Notes under the pieces: model-generated
What the model was told of the DNA's origin: nothing
Database searches by the model: none
Seen by the model: the letters and a program-made list of their open reading frames with translations, nothing else
Program-made: the position numbers and the translations under genes
Part shown: positions 52,291-64,000 of the stretch, piece by piece
How the letters are laid out: each line of letters begins with the position of its first letter
How positions within the stretch are numbered: position 1 is the first letter of the stretch
Origin: Geosiphon pyriformis uo1
Taxonomy: Eukaryota > Fungi > Glomeromycota
Reading direction: 5' to 3'
Length of the DNA stretch: 64,000 nucleotides
NCBI GenBank assembly: GCA_016748015.1
Contig: JAAOMT010000760.1
Coordinates: forward strand, 167,609 to 231,608

Positions 52291-53330
52291 GAAAAATGAA
52301 GCAATAACAGAAATAATAAAGCAATTTTATAGAACAAAAAGAATATATAAAAACGAATAACTGTAAAAATTAGAAAAACATTTAAACAAGAATCAATTTT
52401 CTCTTTTTCCTTATAATTATTATATTTTATAAAAATAAAAGACTTATTTGAAAAACCACAAAATTATTAATATATGGTCATCAATTATCTTATGTTTGAA
52501 TTGAACTAATTCTTGTTTTATATTTTTATTCCAGGACAAATGTTCTTAGTATAAATACTTTGAATTCTTAATAACTGGACTAATTGCTTTTGATTATAGC
52601 AATTAATGATACTAATACATTTTCTTTTATTTTATTTTCTTTTATTTTATTTATTTTTTTTTTTTTTATTTTTTTTTTATTTTTTATTTTGTGGAGCAGC
52701 AACATAAAAAAATTGATAGTCTGGTAAAAAGAGGAGATTTTTTCTAAGTTTGGATATTAATATTATCTTGGTAGCTTATTAAAAGAATGAAAAAACATCA
52801 CCAAACTCTAATGACTGTGCTTATTAGCTCGGAAAAAATAGCTTACATTCACATACAAGAAGTTACAATACCACAAAACATTTCTCTGTGTCTTATAACC
52901 AAAGAACTTTACAGATAAATTTATAACAATTCAAAAGACCTTCAAAGACTTATAACACTAATATACTAAACAAACCTATCAAAAAAAACCATTAAAAGCT
53001 TCCTAAAAACCCAAATCTTGAGCATCAAATATTACTATCATACTCTACCTAGTTTATCTATAATAATGGTAACCAGTTTGCTTAAAAGTTTTATTAAAGT
53101 CAAAAAAATACAATATATATTATTTAAATATTAATAAAATAAATAAGTAAAAATTTACTTAATAATATAATAATTTTTTGGAATTTATAAACTTTTAATA
53201 TAAAAGTTAACAAAAAAATAAGTTTAAATAAGTGAATTTGTTATTTTATAAATAAAATACAATAAAAACAAAAAACTATTTTTGGTATTTAACTTAATAT
53301 AATTTAAATAATTAATTATATATTAATATA

Positions 53331-54682
53331 TAGAAAAGTATAAAAAATATTAAATACTTTTATAATATATTATATATAAAAAAACTAACTTATAAATTAT
53401 TAATTTTTTATTATTATATTAAAATACAAGTTAGTATTTTGTTTGATTTTTATTTGCTTTAAGAATAACTTAAACTTAACATAATATAGACTTGATTAAA
53501 TTGCAATAATAATTTATAAGTATTGCATTTTATTTTTTCTTAACTTATTGTTCTAATTATATAATATTTGAGAATTGTAAATTATGTTAATAAATTTTAA
53601 CTTTAATATATGACCAAAGATTTCTTATTAAAGTAATATTAGAACTTTGTGTTGACCAAAAAAGTAATTTAATATTTAAAAAAGTAAGAAAAAATGTGTA
53701 ACTTTTAATATATAAATTAATATATTGTTTTCTAAAAAAAAAACTTTTTTTTAGTTTTTTTTGTATAAAGTTTTATTATACAAATTGTATAATTAGCCAA
53801 AATTTTATGATATAAAACTCTAGTAATATGACCAATTAAAAAAATTAAAAAACTCAAATTAATTCATAAAAAACATTTTCAAAATATGTAATTAAAACTT
53901 TTTTTTAACTATAACTATAATACAATTCTTATAAAATTTTTTAGAAGGTTTATATTATATATATCCAAATTTTGTAGTTCTAAATTGTATATATGTAAAT
54001 TTATCTGACCAAAAAACTCATTTAAAATTTTTTACTGTTTAATTTTTATAAGTATAAGCCTATTGTAAATGTTTTTTTTATTTAATTTGAAAATTAATAA
54101 CTTAAAATAAAGAATGCATAAGCAAAATTCTTCTTAAGCTAATTTATTTTGAATAATTTGTATAGAAATAAATTTGTTAGTATCTTTAATAAAATTTAAT
54201 TATATTTAAAAAAAGTTTAGTAACAGGCTTTTTTATTTTCTATTATTAAATATTTGAGTTGTTTATATGTACATTTGTCAAGAATTTATAATTGGCCTGT
54301 TTATTTTTTAAGAAGTTTTTTTAGTTTATATAACTTCTATATATATATTATAAAAAAACATGAATATTTAATAGTTATAAAAATCTTACTGTTTATATGT
54401 TTTAATTTTTTTGCTAAAACAATCTCTTCTTTTTGGTATTTAGAAAGTTTTTTTTCAAGACATATTTAATATAGTAAATTTTTTTATAACAAAAATATTT
54501 GATATTTTATATATATATATAATTTACTATTGTGTTTTATAAGAACGCGATTTATGTTGATTTGTAGATTATAACTATAAGTAATTATAAAAAAAATTAT
54601 GGCTTAATTTGGTAATAATATTACAATATATAGCTTTTTTTATATATTATATTAAGTGTTCAATACTTTTTATACCCTTCTG
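53331..54682 (-). mobile_element. Tc1-like DNA transposon, decayed copy 2; transposase relic 53431-54463
   Basis: TIR CAGAAGGGTATAAAAAGTATTGAACAC + TA. Decayed MS*KKLSKYQKEEIV, VFWSDK, IRNLWSYI and NLIKSILC*V*VILKANKNQTKY* match the Tc1 HTH, WSDES, PIENLW and SMPRR..TKY motifs. Confidence 0.87.
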
Positions 54683-55784
54683 TATAATAATTAAATTGTA
54701 TAAAAATACTTAATAGTTAGGCTATATTTCATTAAATCATAAAAAAAAGATTTTTATATAAAAATTTATATCATTTTAAATGCACTTGTAAATTTTTAAT
54801 TTTTTTATTAAGTAAATAATATAAAAAGTATTAAGATTAAATTTAATAAGCTTATACACATATAAAATTATAAGTTTTTTTAATTAAAATAGCAAAATTT
54901 AAAGTTCACATAAAAATAACATTTCAATAAATTTCACTCAATATAATATTCAATCATTATTTCAAATTATATAGACATAATTAATTATAATTTATGTAAT
55001 GCTTATTTTTAGTATTATCAGATGTAAGATGTGGCTCAAGATATATCTTTATCAGCCACAATATAAAAATCAGTGATAAATGCTAAACTGTTTTCTCGTC
55101 AAATAGAAAGTCAAATTTTGATTCTAAATCAATTGCGTAATGTTATTTTAATTTTTAAGTAAAAATTTTTTATTAGGAATCAATCTTTAATTCTATGATC
55201 GTTTAATTTCATGGAATGAAAAAGCTTAAATCGTTATTTTATCATATTATCAATTTTCCTGAGTAAACAATCAAAAATAGATAATGATCCGTGATTAGTT
55301 TATTTTGAGATTTGGAAACTGTTTATTCACTGATGAAAACACATTCATCAAAGGAATATCATTAATCTCTAACAAAGTTAATGATGATTTCCCACCTACT
55401 AATTTTCCGACCTATTTTGCTGCCTAGATAATAGCAAAGGCGTTCTTTCACAAGGATGAATATCTAAAAACTAGCCAAAATGGGTGAAAATTTAAAACTT
55501 CGATAGTTCTCGTTTCCATTGATTTATCCTGTGATTCTGAACGAAAAATTGAATCAAATCTAACATAGCACCCAAAATATCATATATCCACTCTAAATTA
55601 AATGATATGGTACTCGATCAGAGACCTGAATCCTGAATGAATACTCTTCTAAAGCTGGACCTAATCTTGTCGAAAAATCTAAAAGGTGCGGTATGATAGA
55701 TATAAGTGTGGGTACTTAACAATAAAAAGCAAGTAAGCATCAAGCGCAACCATCGTCCTCGACCGTATTTACCTCATTCATCAT

Positions 55785-57328
55785 TCACCTCTTATCAACC
55801 GTGACTAACCCAATAAAGGGGTCCTCCGTTCCCACATCTAAAACTTTACCCTCCAATTTCTCAATTTTCAACTCTTTATTACGTCTTCTTTGTTTCTTTC
55901 CGCATCCACCATCAAGAGGAATCACTATTCGTTGTGCATGCAGCATCATCCGAAACGTGTCTGTGTAATCCATAATTTCTTTCTCATAATGCCAATCACC
56001 TACGATTGGATGATTGAGGTATTGAGAATGAAGACGGAGTTGGTGACGGCGCCCAGTGATTGGGTTCAATCGAACTAAAGTAACCGGGATTGAACGTGAT
56101 AACGATATAGATAAATTTGGCACCGCAGGGGATGTTTCAGAACTATTAATCAGTGATGGAGGTGTTGACATAAAAGATAATGGATCGAAAAATCCGCGGC
56201 GATATACTTCTATTTCTGTTTTTGCATTCTATTTTTTTATAATCCTAATTTCAATTTATGTAAATTTTTGGGAAGATAAAATTGGAATTAAACACAATTA
56301 CATTTTAAAGTCTTACCTTTCCTGGCTTATCTTCACTCCCAATACACATTCTAAAACGATTCGATGCAACCTCAGCGATGGGTTGTTCAACAACATACCT
56401 TATAGTCCATTGCCATTTATTGGAAATTGATATAAGAGATTCAATGAAATATAACAAGGGAGTTTACTATTTGAAGCAACTCGATCACTTATTCATAATT
56501 CATCATTAAGGGCATTACTACCTATCCTCAGCCATCCACCCACGTAACATAGCTAAATAAGTTTTATGTACACGTCGTTTTGAGAACGCAATACAACCTA
56601 CCGCTGCTGCTGGGGCTGTCAATGCGATACAATAACACCCGGAAGTAGCATGATCTAGTTGATGAATATGACGCAAGGGTTTAGGTAGCGTTGGATAATG
56701 ATGATAAAGAGCCGATTGGACTAATAAAGAATTAATTAAATAAAGGAATTAAAGAAAATAATGAATGAACCTAAGAATCAAATTATTAAAAGTATAAAAG
56801 TATTATTACCAGTATGTCTTTCAGTATCACCGTCAATTCGCAAATCAAACCTAAGATTTTAAACATGAGTGCGAAAGAGTGTCAGGCATTGTGAAGAAGC
56901 AAAAAATATTCTCTTTACATGATTAGGGTTATGTTATCCTTCCCTAAGTACTCTTTGTATCAAAAAACGAGGGCCCCGTACCTACGGTTTATCAATCACC
57001 AAATATTCATCGTCCCAATGCAAAATTCTAATATCGGGAACTTTGGAGAGTTCGTTGAATCGCTGTTGCTGCTCAAGCGGGTGGTGTTTAAAGGTTGTGT
57101 TAATTTTTTGTGGTTGTGTAGTGAAAGTTTGTTGTTGCATAGTATCATAAAAATAGGTGTTGAAAATGTTGATAAATTGATTTAACTGTTAAAATATTAA
57201 CCCAGAAATAAAGACGAGATTAAACAAACCGCCCGAAGATCAACAAATGTATTTAGCAAACGCCGGGAAACGTAGAATGGGGAGAAAGGACGGTTAAGAG
57301 AACGAGAAGCGATGTATACGAGCTGCAT
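55785..57328 (-). CDS. RluA-family pseudouridine synthase, RPUSD1-like, multi-exon; first exon 57230-57328 tentative, alternative ATG at 57140
   Basis: Spliced translation gives YLVIDKPFDLRIDG, RHIHQLDHATSG (catalytic D), KTYLAMLRG, PITGRRHQLRLH, HPIVGD, RMMLHA. Confidence 0.9.
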
Positions 57329-57745
57329 AGTTTCATCGATTAGATTTAAGGATAAAATGCAATAATTAATTGTCACAAATACATGAATTTGACCCAAAAA
57401 TTATCCTTAATTCTTATTATCAAATTAGAATACATTACGATCCAAATCATTCTATTAATAACCCTATACAATATTCTAAACTATGTAACGTTGAAAAGTT
57501 TGCCAAAATGTAAATACTTACTGAAATTTATCTATATTTTAAAGAAATTTACTAAAATATTGTAAAAATAATAGTGTTAAAACTTAAGATATTATTATTT
57601 AAAAATGTATAAAGAAAAACTTTTTTTAAAAAAAAATATCTTAAAAGTTTTTAATATTTAAAATAAATACAATTTATTAAAACAATTCTTTTTTGTTTAA
57701 AAGTTTTTTTGAATTTATTTTATTGTATTATAAATTAATAACATT

Positions 57746-58260
57746 ACTCTTTTTCTTTTATATTTTTATAATTACAACCAAATAAAGAGTAAAAAAAGCA
57801 AGTTCTATTTTTTCTATTGTTTTAAATAGTTTTAATACTTAAAAAGCTTTCTTAAAAATAAATAACTTTTTTTTAAAGTGTTTTTTATAATATTAAAAAC
57901 ACAAAACAGCTTTTGGCTGCCGAAAAAACACTTTTTTGGCTTTAAATAAAAGTCTTTTTTTATCTAAAGTTTTTTTCAAACAACTAAAATTAATTCTAAT
58001 ATAATTATTATTATCATAAAAAGTTCAAAAAATCTTTAATAAACAAATTAGTAACATAACTACTTTTTTTTGTAATTTTTTGTATATTTATTTAAATAAT
58101 TACAAAGTTAAAAAACAAAAATACAACTTTTTTTTCTTTATTATTATTAATTTTAAAATATTAAAAGAAATTATTCTTTTTAGTATTTTTTAAAGCATTT
58201 TTTTACTTTAAAATTTGTTTTTTTTTAATATTTATATAAAATTTATTATAAATGACTAAT
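57746..58260 (+). mobile_element. Very decayed 5' relic of the ORF1-only family
   Basis: ACTCTTT start, ataattacaaccaaataaagagtaaaaaagc (MTxTRxKSKKA), KSSKIFN segment. Confidence 0.5.
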
Positions 58261-58370
58261 TATAATATTTAATTTAAATAAAATTCTTTCTTTTATTAAT
58301 TTTTTGACCATAAAAAAAGCTAAAAAAAACTTAAAAAATACATTATTGCTTTTTTTTAATATATTTTTGG

Positions 58371-61300
58371 TTATTATTTTTTATTATTATTATTATTTAA
58401 CAAGCAAAGTCCAAACACTACCTAGAACTATACATCAAAGAAATGATCTAAACTAGGCGTGAATCATGCATTTTCTACATGTGACCAGCCATTTGAGCCA
58501 GTTAGGACAACACTACACAATTATATTAACTGAAACTGGGTCACCAATACCTGAAAAAAAAGAGCAAGATTTGCAAAAGCCAAAATAGACGCCAAAAGCT
58601 TCAGTAACACCAAGCAGCTTAACCACGCCATCCAAAAATCTTGACGCCAAACCAGAAAGTGAGATAGGAACCGAGCCATCCACCGGGATCAGACCATTCT
58701 TTTCTATGTATGTACGATGTTTAACACAGACCAACCAAATGTCATCCCTAAAAGCAATACAAATAGAATGCACAAAATCAGCAGCTTTAACGCCAGCAAT
58801 TTTGGGATCACAGAAGATAGAAACAGTCTCCTAAAGCCATCTTTTGAAAACAAAACCCTTGCAAAGAGCCGAAAACACTAGAAAATCTGAAGCACAGGTC
58901 AACAACAGCTGTAGAATGCTTGAAGAAAGGAGAAAAAAACCAGAAAGTACCATCCAAGAAGACATACAGGATTCCAAAACCTGACGACGAGCCACATCAT
59001 CAATTATACAAGAAAACATGTGATTAAACACCTCCACCTTACCACAATACAGACACAAAACACTAGGGTAATATTTATCATAAATGTGCTTTCGAACAGC
59101 CATGGCAAGCCAACAGTGCAAAGCCTTTATGAGGTAAGTATGAATATCAGCAGTGTGCCTGCTGGTGAAACCAGTCGCCATATGCAAATCAGGATGCCAA
59201 ACTCTGGAAAAGGCAAGCCAATTGACATTCAAGTGCAAATCACCAGCTAGAAACCCAGAACCAGAACTGATCTCCCAGCGTGCCCGACAGACAGCATAAA
59301 AAACATCTCGAACAAAGTGTCTAGAATTACCAAAAACAATACCACCGTCCACCAACAAAAAATGTTCATCCACACGAGGAGGGAGAAGCCAAACAGAGAG
59401 AGCTGCAGCATCAGTGAAGCTATCGGTGCAATCATTTCCCAACACCAGAGTGGTCCTTAACCTTGTGTCAGCTAACTCTCAAATTTTTTCTGTGGATAAT
59501 ATTCCTAATATGCCAGCACTTAACCCAACACCGATTACGAAAGTCAGAATACATCAAGTTTACCTCCGACTTGCAAGCATCTAAAGCTGTCTGGCTATCT
59601 AAAAACAGGCAAACAGAACAATCTACAGACATGCATTCCAGAGCCAATGCTACAGCTTGCAACTTCACCAAAGTAGATAACATCAAACTCTGAACACAGA
59701 CACTTAAACCCAAGTTAATGTTCTCAAAAAAGGCAACAGCTCTGGCCTTACAACCAGCCATGTCCAAATTTTTCACCAACCCATCCGTATACACAGACAA
59801 ACTATCAGTGCTAACCCAAGAAAGATGATCACATACAGACACAAAATCATCAGAACCATGAATGTTTACAGAGCCAACACCACCCGAAGCCAAAGGAGAA
59901 GGAGATGTACCATTAAAAAATACAACAGAGTGGGCCATGAGAATCCAGTTTTTTCTACCGCTTAAAGATATACCAATCGAAGATACCCCCACGACGATTC
60001 CGAAGCTGATCCACAAAGACAATACCATAATGCCGGAGAGAAGACAAATACTTGAAAAACAAGAATTCACCCAGAACAGCAGATATAGACACCCCATCAC
60101 GAAACTAAAAAGAGCTAGCCAAAGAGCCATCTAAAGACAAATTGCACCCAAGAAGAATGCATACCATTCCTGACAAGAAATTATTGGAAACACTGACACG
60201 GATACAAGCTGGTGAACTCAATGGATGAACAGGGTGCCAACACAGAACTTGTAAGTTGTGAGACCTGTGATTAAACAATTGACCCAGAACCCCACAGAAG
60301 TTTGTAAAACTAATAAGTGAAGCAATCTTGCTTTCAGACTGATATTATGAGAAGGACTTCAAACCATAAAAGAAAGGATGATGAATCATGTCACTAGGAA
60401 AATCGAGAGGAAGACCAGATTTAAGTTTCAAACCCTTGTGAATCAAAGCATCCCACTTGTTGCACACACTAACAGGGATAAAGCTAAACTGCATCCTGTA
60501 ACTGACTATAGGATGGAGAACTGCCAATACTAGGTACAAGAACTGCTTATCTGAAACCACTTTCTTTAAAACTAAATTGCTGAAAAAACGAACATCCGAA
60601 TGTGCCTTAGCCAAACTAGGCTTAGAAAGACCATCAGATGAGAGAAAAATACCAAGATACTGATGAGATTCGCCTTTTTTGGCTATGGAAATGGGTGAAC
60701 CACTGATAAAAAGAGATAGATTGCTGATCTTGCTATTAATAGGAATGGCCACAGTTTTGTTATTGTTGATTGAAATGTCATTAATTCAAAAAAATTTACT
60801 AGCAACATTGAGAATATGTTGAGTAGTAGTCTGATTGCTGCCAACCCAAATTGTGTCATCGACAAAGGCTCCAGCAGTGAAAAAAGTAGAAAACCCAGCC
60901 CAAGATTCAGTGCGACCATTCCTAAAGACAAAATGAAAATTAAGTCTATACCTGTACACACTCTCTTGACACTTGACCTCACACAAAAGAGGATCATAAA
61001 ATATGCACCAAAAAAGAGGAGAAAAAACTTCTCCTTGGTTTAACTCATCATGTACACTATAACCATTAGTTAAACCAAAATCTATTATAATCCAATTGGT
61101 CCGATTTCTATGAATATTACTGAAAAAATAAATAAACTTGCTACACATTTTGATCCTGACTAAACACTTCTTAAGATGCTCCCATCCAACAGAGTTGTAC
61201 GCTTTTCACATATTCTGCAGCACCAGCCAGAGCTCCCGGTTCTTCTCCAAAGCATTCTCAACAACCAAACCAATAGCAAAAATAGGAGTTTGGGTAGTCA

Positions 61301-62127
61301 TATCCTTCAAAACTGAAAAATTATCCCCACAAAAAATGTCATGAGCACTGCATGCCAGTGATATCCTGTCGGAGAAAATCTTGCGAACTGTTTTGATCAA
61401 GGCTATAGATCTGGTATTTGTGAGAACACCTTCTCATTCATATGGTTTAGGAATCATCGAAACCCAAGCTTCCCTCCAAGGACCAGGCACAGATTCATGA
61501 GACAGACAAGAATTCAGAAGCACCAAGAGCATATTCAGAACAGACCTATCACTATGCATCCACAGCTCATTCGAAATACCCGAAAGACCAGCAGCCTTGC
61601 CAACAGGCAAATCAGAAACCATGCCAAACAATTCTAAAAACTCAATTGGCTGCATTACACCAGAAAAAGCCTCATCAAAAATGTAATCCAATGGCCAATA
61701 CTGATGGTGTCATACATTAGAGACATTGGGAACCACCCTATGCTTCTTAGTCCATCCTTCTATGATTTCATCCACCCTTGATCTCACAGGACCAGATTCC
61801 ATAACCAGCTCATCGTCCACAACTAAGTGATCCAAGATGACCTTATGGGAAGGGCGCTCCAGAACACTCCAAATAGTGTGACTCTTGTTCAGCTCGAAAC
61901 TTTCCATCCTCTTATAGATTGCCAATTTGATTTGAGATTTCTCTACACGCTTCAATTCTGCCATTTTAAGTAAGCAATAAGTTTTTCTGATCTTGGAAAG
62001 AGCTGACTGAACAGTATCAAGAGGTGAGCCGGAGAGAAAGAGAGACCTGACCACAGAGGCATTATCATCATCAAGAGAACCCCAGACTTCCAACAGTGAA
62101 ATGAATTCGTCACAACAAATTGACCGA
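58371..62127 (-). mobile_element. LINE-F 3' part (ORF2 RT-RNase H-CCHC pseudogene 58513-62127), interrupted by the LTR element
   Basis: (TAA)n tail, conserved 3' tail 58399-58512, AFVDD, YTDG, CLYCGKVEVFNHMFSC. Homology stops exactly at the TG of the LTR. Confidence 0.93.
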
Positions 62128-63077
62128 TGTTACCAGTAGAATTTTAGCTATTAATTAGCATGAAATTTCCTTTATAATTCCTATCATTAATTAGCATATA
62201 TTATTATCGTTTCGAATTTCACTTATTATTTAATCAAATTAGCAATTATCATCATTTAATCAATAACCCGATTTGGATCATAGAAATTGAGATGATCAAT
62301 TTACACAATACCCTGAACCATATAACATAGCAAAAATTTGCCGAAATTAATGAAAATTGGCCGAAATAATTCATAGTTCGCCGAAATGTATCTTTAGTTC
62401 ACCGAAATTCTAGAAAAGAGAAAAAGTGCAAGTTCAAAGACTAGTACTACAACAAGTTGTATAAAAGAAGAGCTTCTCTCTTCAAGAAAATGTATCTTCT
62501 CATATCTTACCATAGTATCTTACTTTAGGTATCTTAATTAGAACAAATCATTTTTTACATATCTCAAATAAAAATTAAATATTCGAAAACCAAATCCTTT
62601 GATTATTACACTTGAAATTCTCTCAACACAACTAACATTTTGAAATTGATTAGCTACCAATTTCAGTAATCTGTTAGTGACTCCAGGCCTGGATAGAAAA
62701 CGTTTCCTTGACAAAATTCTATTTCTTTATGTTTCTTTTATTTTTCTCTTTCTTTTCTTATCATAATCATTTGGGTAGCCTACAGACGAGATTCCTGTAG
62801 AAGAGTTGACTTTCACAGCAAAGTAACTACACATTTTTTAGTGAGCTTCCAGACGAGCAATTCCTGGGAAAGAGTTGACGTTTACTACAACGTAACTACA
62901 TAAAGTAACTGGCACGGAATTGGCCATTCCACTTATAAGCCCAGCGGTTCAAATTATAGGAGATAATTTGAAGATAAATTCAGTTACTGGAGGTTCAACC
63001 ACATCCAGAAAACGTGAATTCACAGCAAACAAGCATCAACAACATTTAAGAAAAGAGACCAAAAACCTCCGGTAACA
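62128..63077 (+). repeat. 5' LTR (950 bp) of a Ty3/gypsy-like retrotransposon
   Basis: TGTTACC...GGTAACA inverted termini, PBS 2 nt downstream, and a solo copy at 40444-41376 with the same boundaries. Confidence 0.9.
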
Positions 63078-64000
63078 TTTGGTGCTCTCCCACGGAAACA
63101 ACACAGCAACAACAACTTCAAAGTGGCGTCTGCTTCAGACATAACAACTCTAGAGTACTACCAGTCGATTTACACTCACTGCAAGCAAAGATTCAACATC
63201 CAAGACAGAATTGAGGCATTTAAGAAATCATTATACCAATACATCGAAAACCGATTCAACAACTACCTACTTGGAGACTACAACATTATTGAAGTCAAAA
63301 GCAACCTCTACAACAACTTACTACACTATTCTCGTCTAAATACTAAGGAGCTCAACAGTGAAACAATTGCCACCTACTTTCAAGAACTTGATTTCAATAT
63401 CATCCAATACTGTGAAGAAAAATACCCAGTCCCACAACAATTTTCTTTAGGTTTCGAATCAGAGACAGAAACAAGCAATAAAGGCAAACAGAAACAGAAA
63501 CAACTTTTCAGCACCACCCCCAATACTCCAAAAACTCCAAAGATAACTGCCAAACATCTACAAACACCAGAGCAAAGAACCAATATCAAACTACCACTAT
63601 CCCTTACACCGTTTCCTGCTTCACTTGCTCAACCACAGACACCAGATTCACCACTTGTCCAGTTCTCAAGAATAGAAGATTTTCAGTCACCAAAGAATCC
63701 TACTCAACAGCAGGAACCAATATCAACTAGCACCAACCTTCTTGATTACTTACAAGAGAATCAAAGTAATCATTCTGAAAACCTAGAAAGCGAAGGAACT
63801 GAATCAGAACAGGAAGAACCAGAAGACCTTGAAAACGAAGAAATGGCAACCGCTTATATTGCAAAAATTCCCGAATTTACTGGTGAAGATAGCGATACCA
63901 GTCCTCAAGAATGGCTTGACAAAGTTTCGAAAGCTGGAGATGCGAATGGATGGAATGCAGCCAGAATGCTTAAAGCAATTCCTTACTTTCTCCAAGGAAC
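63018..64000 (+). CDS. gag-like open frame of the LTR element, runs off the window; first ATG at 63843
   Basis: No stop from 63018 to 64000. MATAYIAKIPEFTGED..PQEWLDKV..ANGW..RMLKAIPYFLQG resembles a Ty3/gypsy capsid N-terminus. Confidence 0.8.
   Translation, partial: MHSKQASTTFKKRDQKPPVTFGALPRKQHSNNNFKVASASDITTLEYYQSIYTHCKQRFNIQDRIEAFKKSLYQYIENRFNNYLLGDYNIIEVKSNLYNNLLHYSRLNTKELNSETIATYFQELDFNIIQYCEEKYPVPQQFSLGFESETETSNKGKQKQKQLFSTTPNTPKTPKITAKHLQTPEQRTNIKLPLSLTPFPASLAQPQTPDSPLVQFSRIEDFQSPKNPTQQQEPISTSTNLLDYLQENQSNHSENLESEGTESEQEEPEDLENEEMATAYIAKIPEFTGEDSDTSPQEWLDKVSKAGDANGWNAARMLKAIPYFLQG
63080..63097 (+). promoter_or_regulatory. Primer-binding site TGGTGCTCTCCCACGGAA
   Basis: Complement TT-CCGTG-GGAGAGC-A-CCA fits a tRNA T-stem/acceptor/CCA end; tRNA identity not determined. 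Confidence 0.85.

Noticed and set aside
50278-54682. Composite transposon or local duplication formed by the two Tc1 copies
   Set aside because: Each copy has its own TIRs and TA flanks; apart from a ~17-bp AT-rich match the flanks do not align, and there is no cargo gene.

Overview
Eukaryotic, very likely fungal, repeat-dominated DNA. The repeat proteins resemble Glomeromycotina/Geosiphon-type families from memory only; this is unverified. About 85% of the window is transposable elements at different stages of C:G->T:A decay. (1) Five minus-strand non-LTR retrotransposons (LINE-A, B, C, D, F). ORF1 has two RRM-like folds, a CCHC knuckle and a coiled coil; ORF2 has APE endonuclease, RT, RNase H and a CCHC finger. 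All are pseudogenised. (2) At least six copies or relics of a ~2.3-kb ORF1-only retroposon. It shares the LINEs' ~120-nt structured 3' tail and LINE-A's first ~48 nt, and the best copy has its own TSD. (3) A pogo-type element, two Tc1 elements and hAT relics. (4) A young Ty3/gypsy-like LTR element inserted in LINE-F at the right end, plus two decayed LTR copies. Two unmutated gene islands carry a secreted short heme-thiolate peroxygenase, a B12D/NDUFA4-like protein, a secreted Cu-only-type SOD and an RPUSD1/RluA-type pseudouridine synthase. The best novelty candidate is the two-component LINE / ORF1-only ('half-LINE') system, with a shared pseudoknot-capable 3' RNA tail and conserved AUGA stop-start ORF1-ORF2 coupling. 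All alignments were done by eye, so boundaries in AT-rich relics are approximate.
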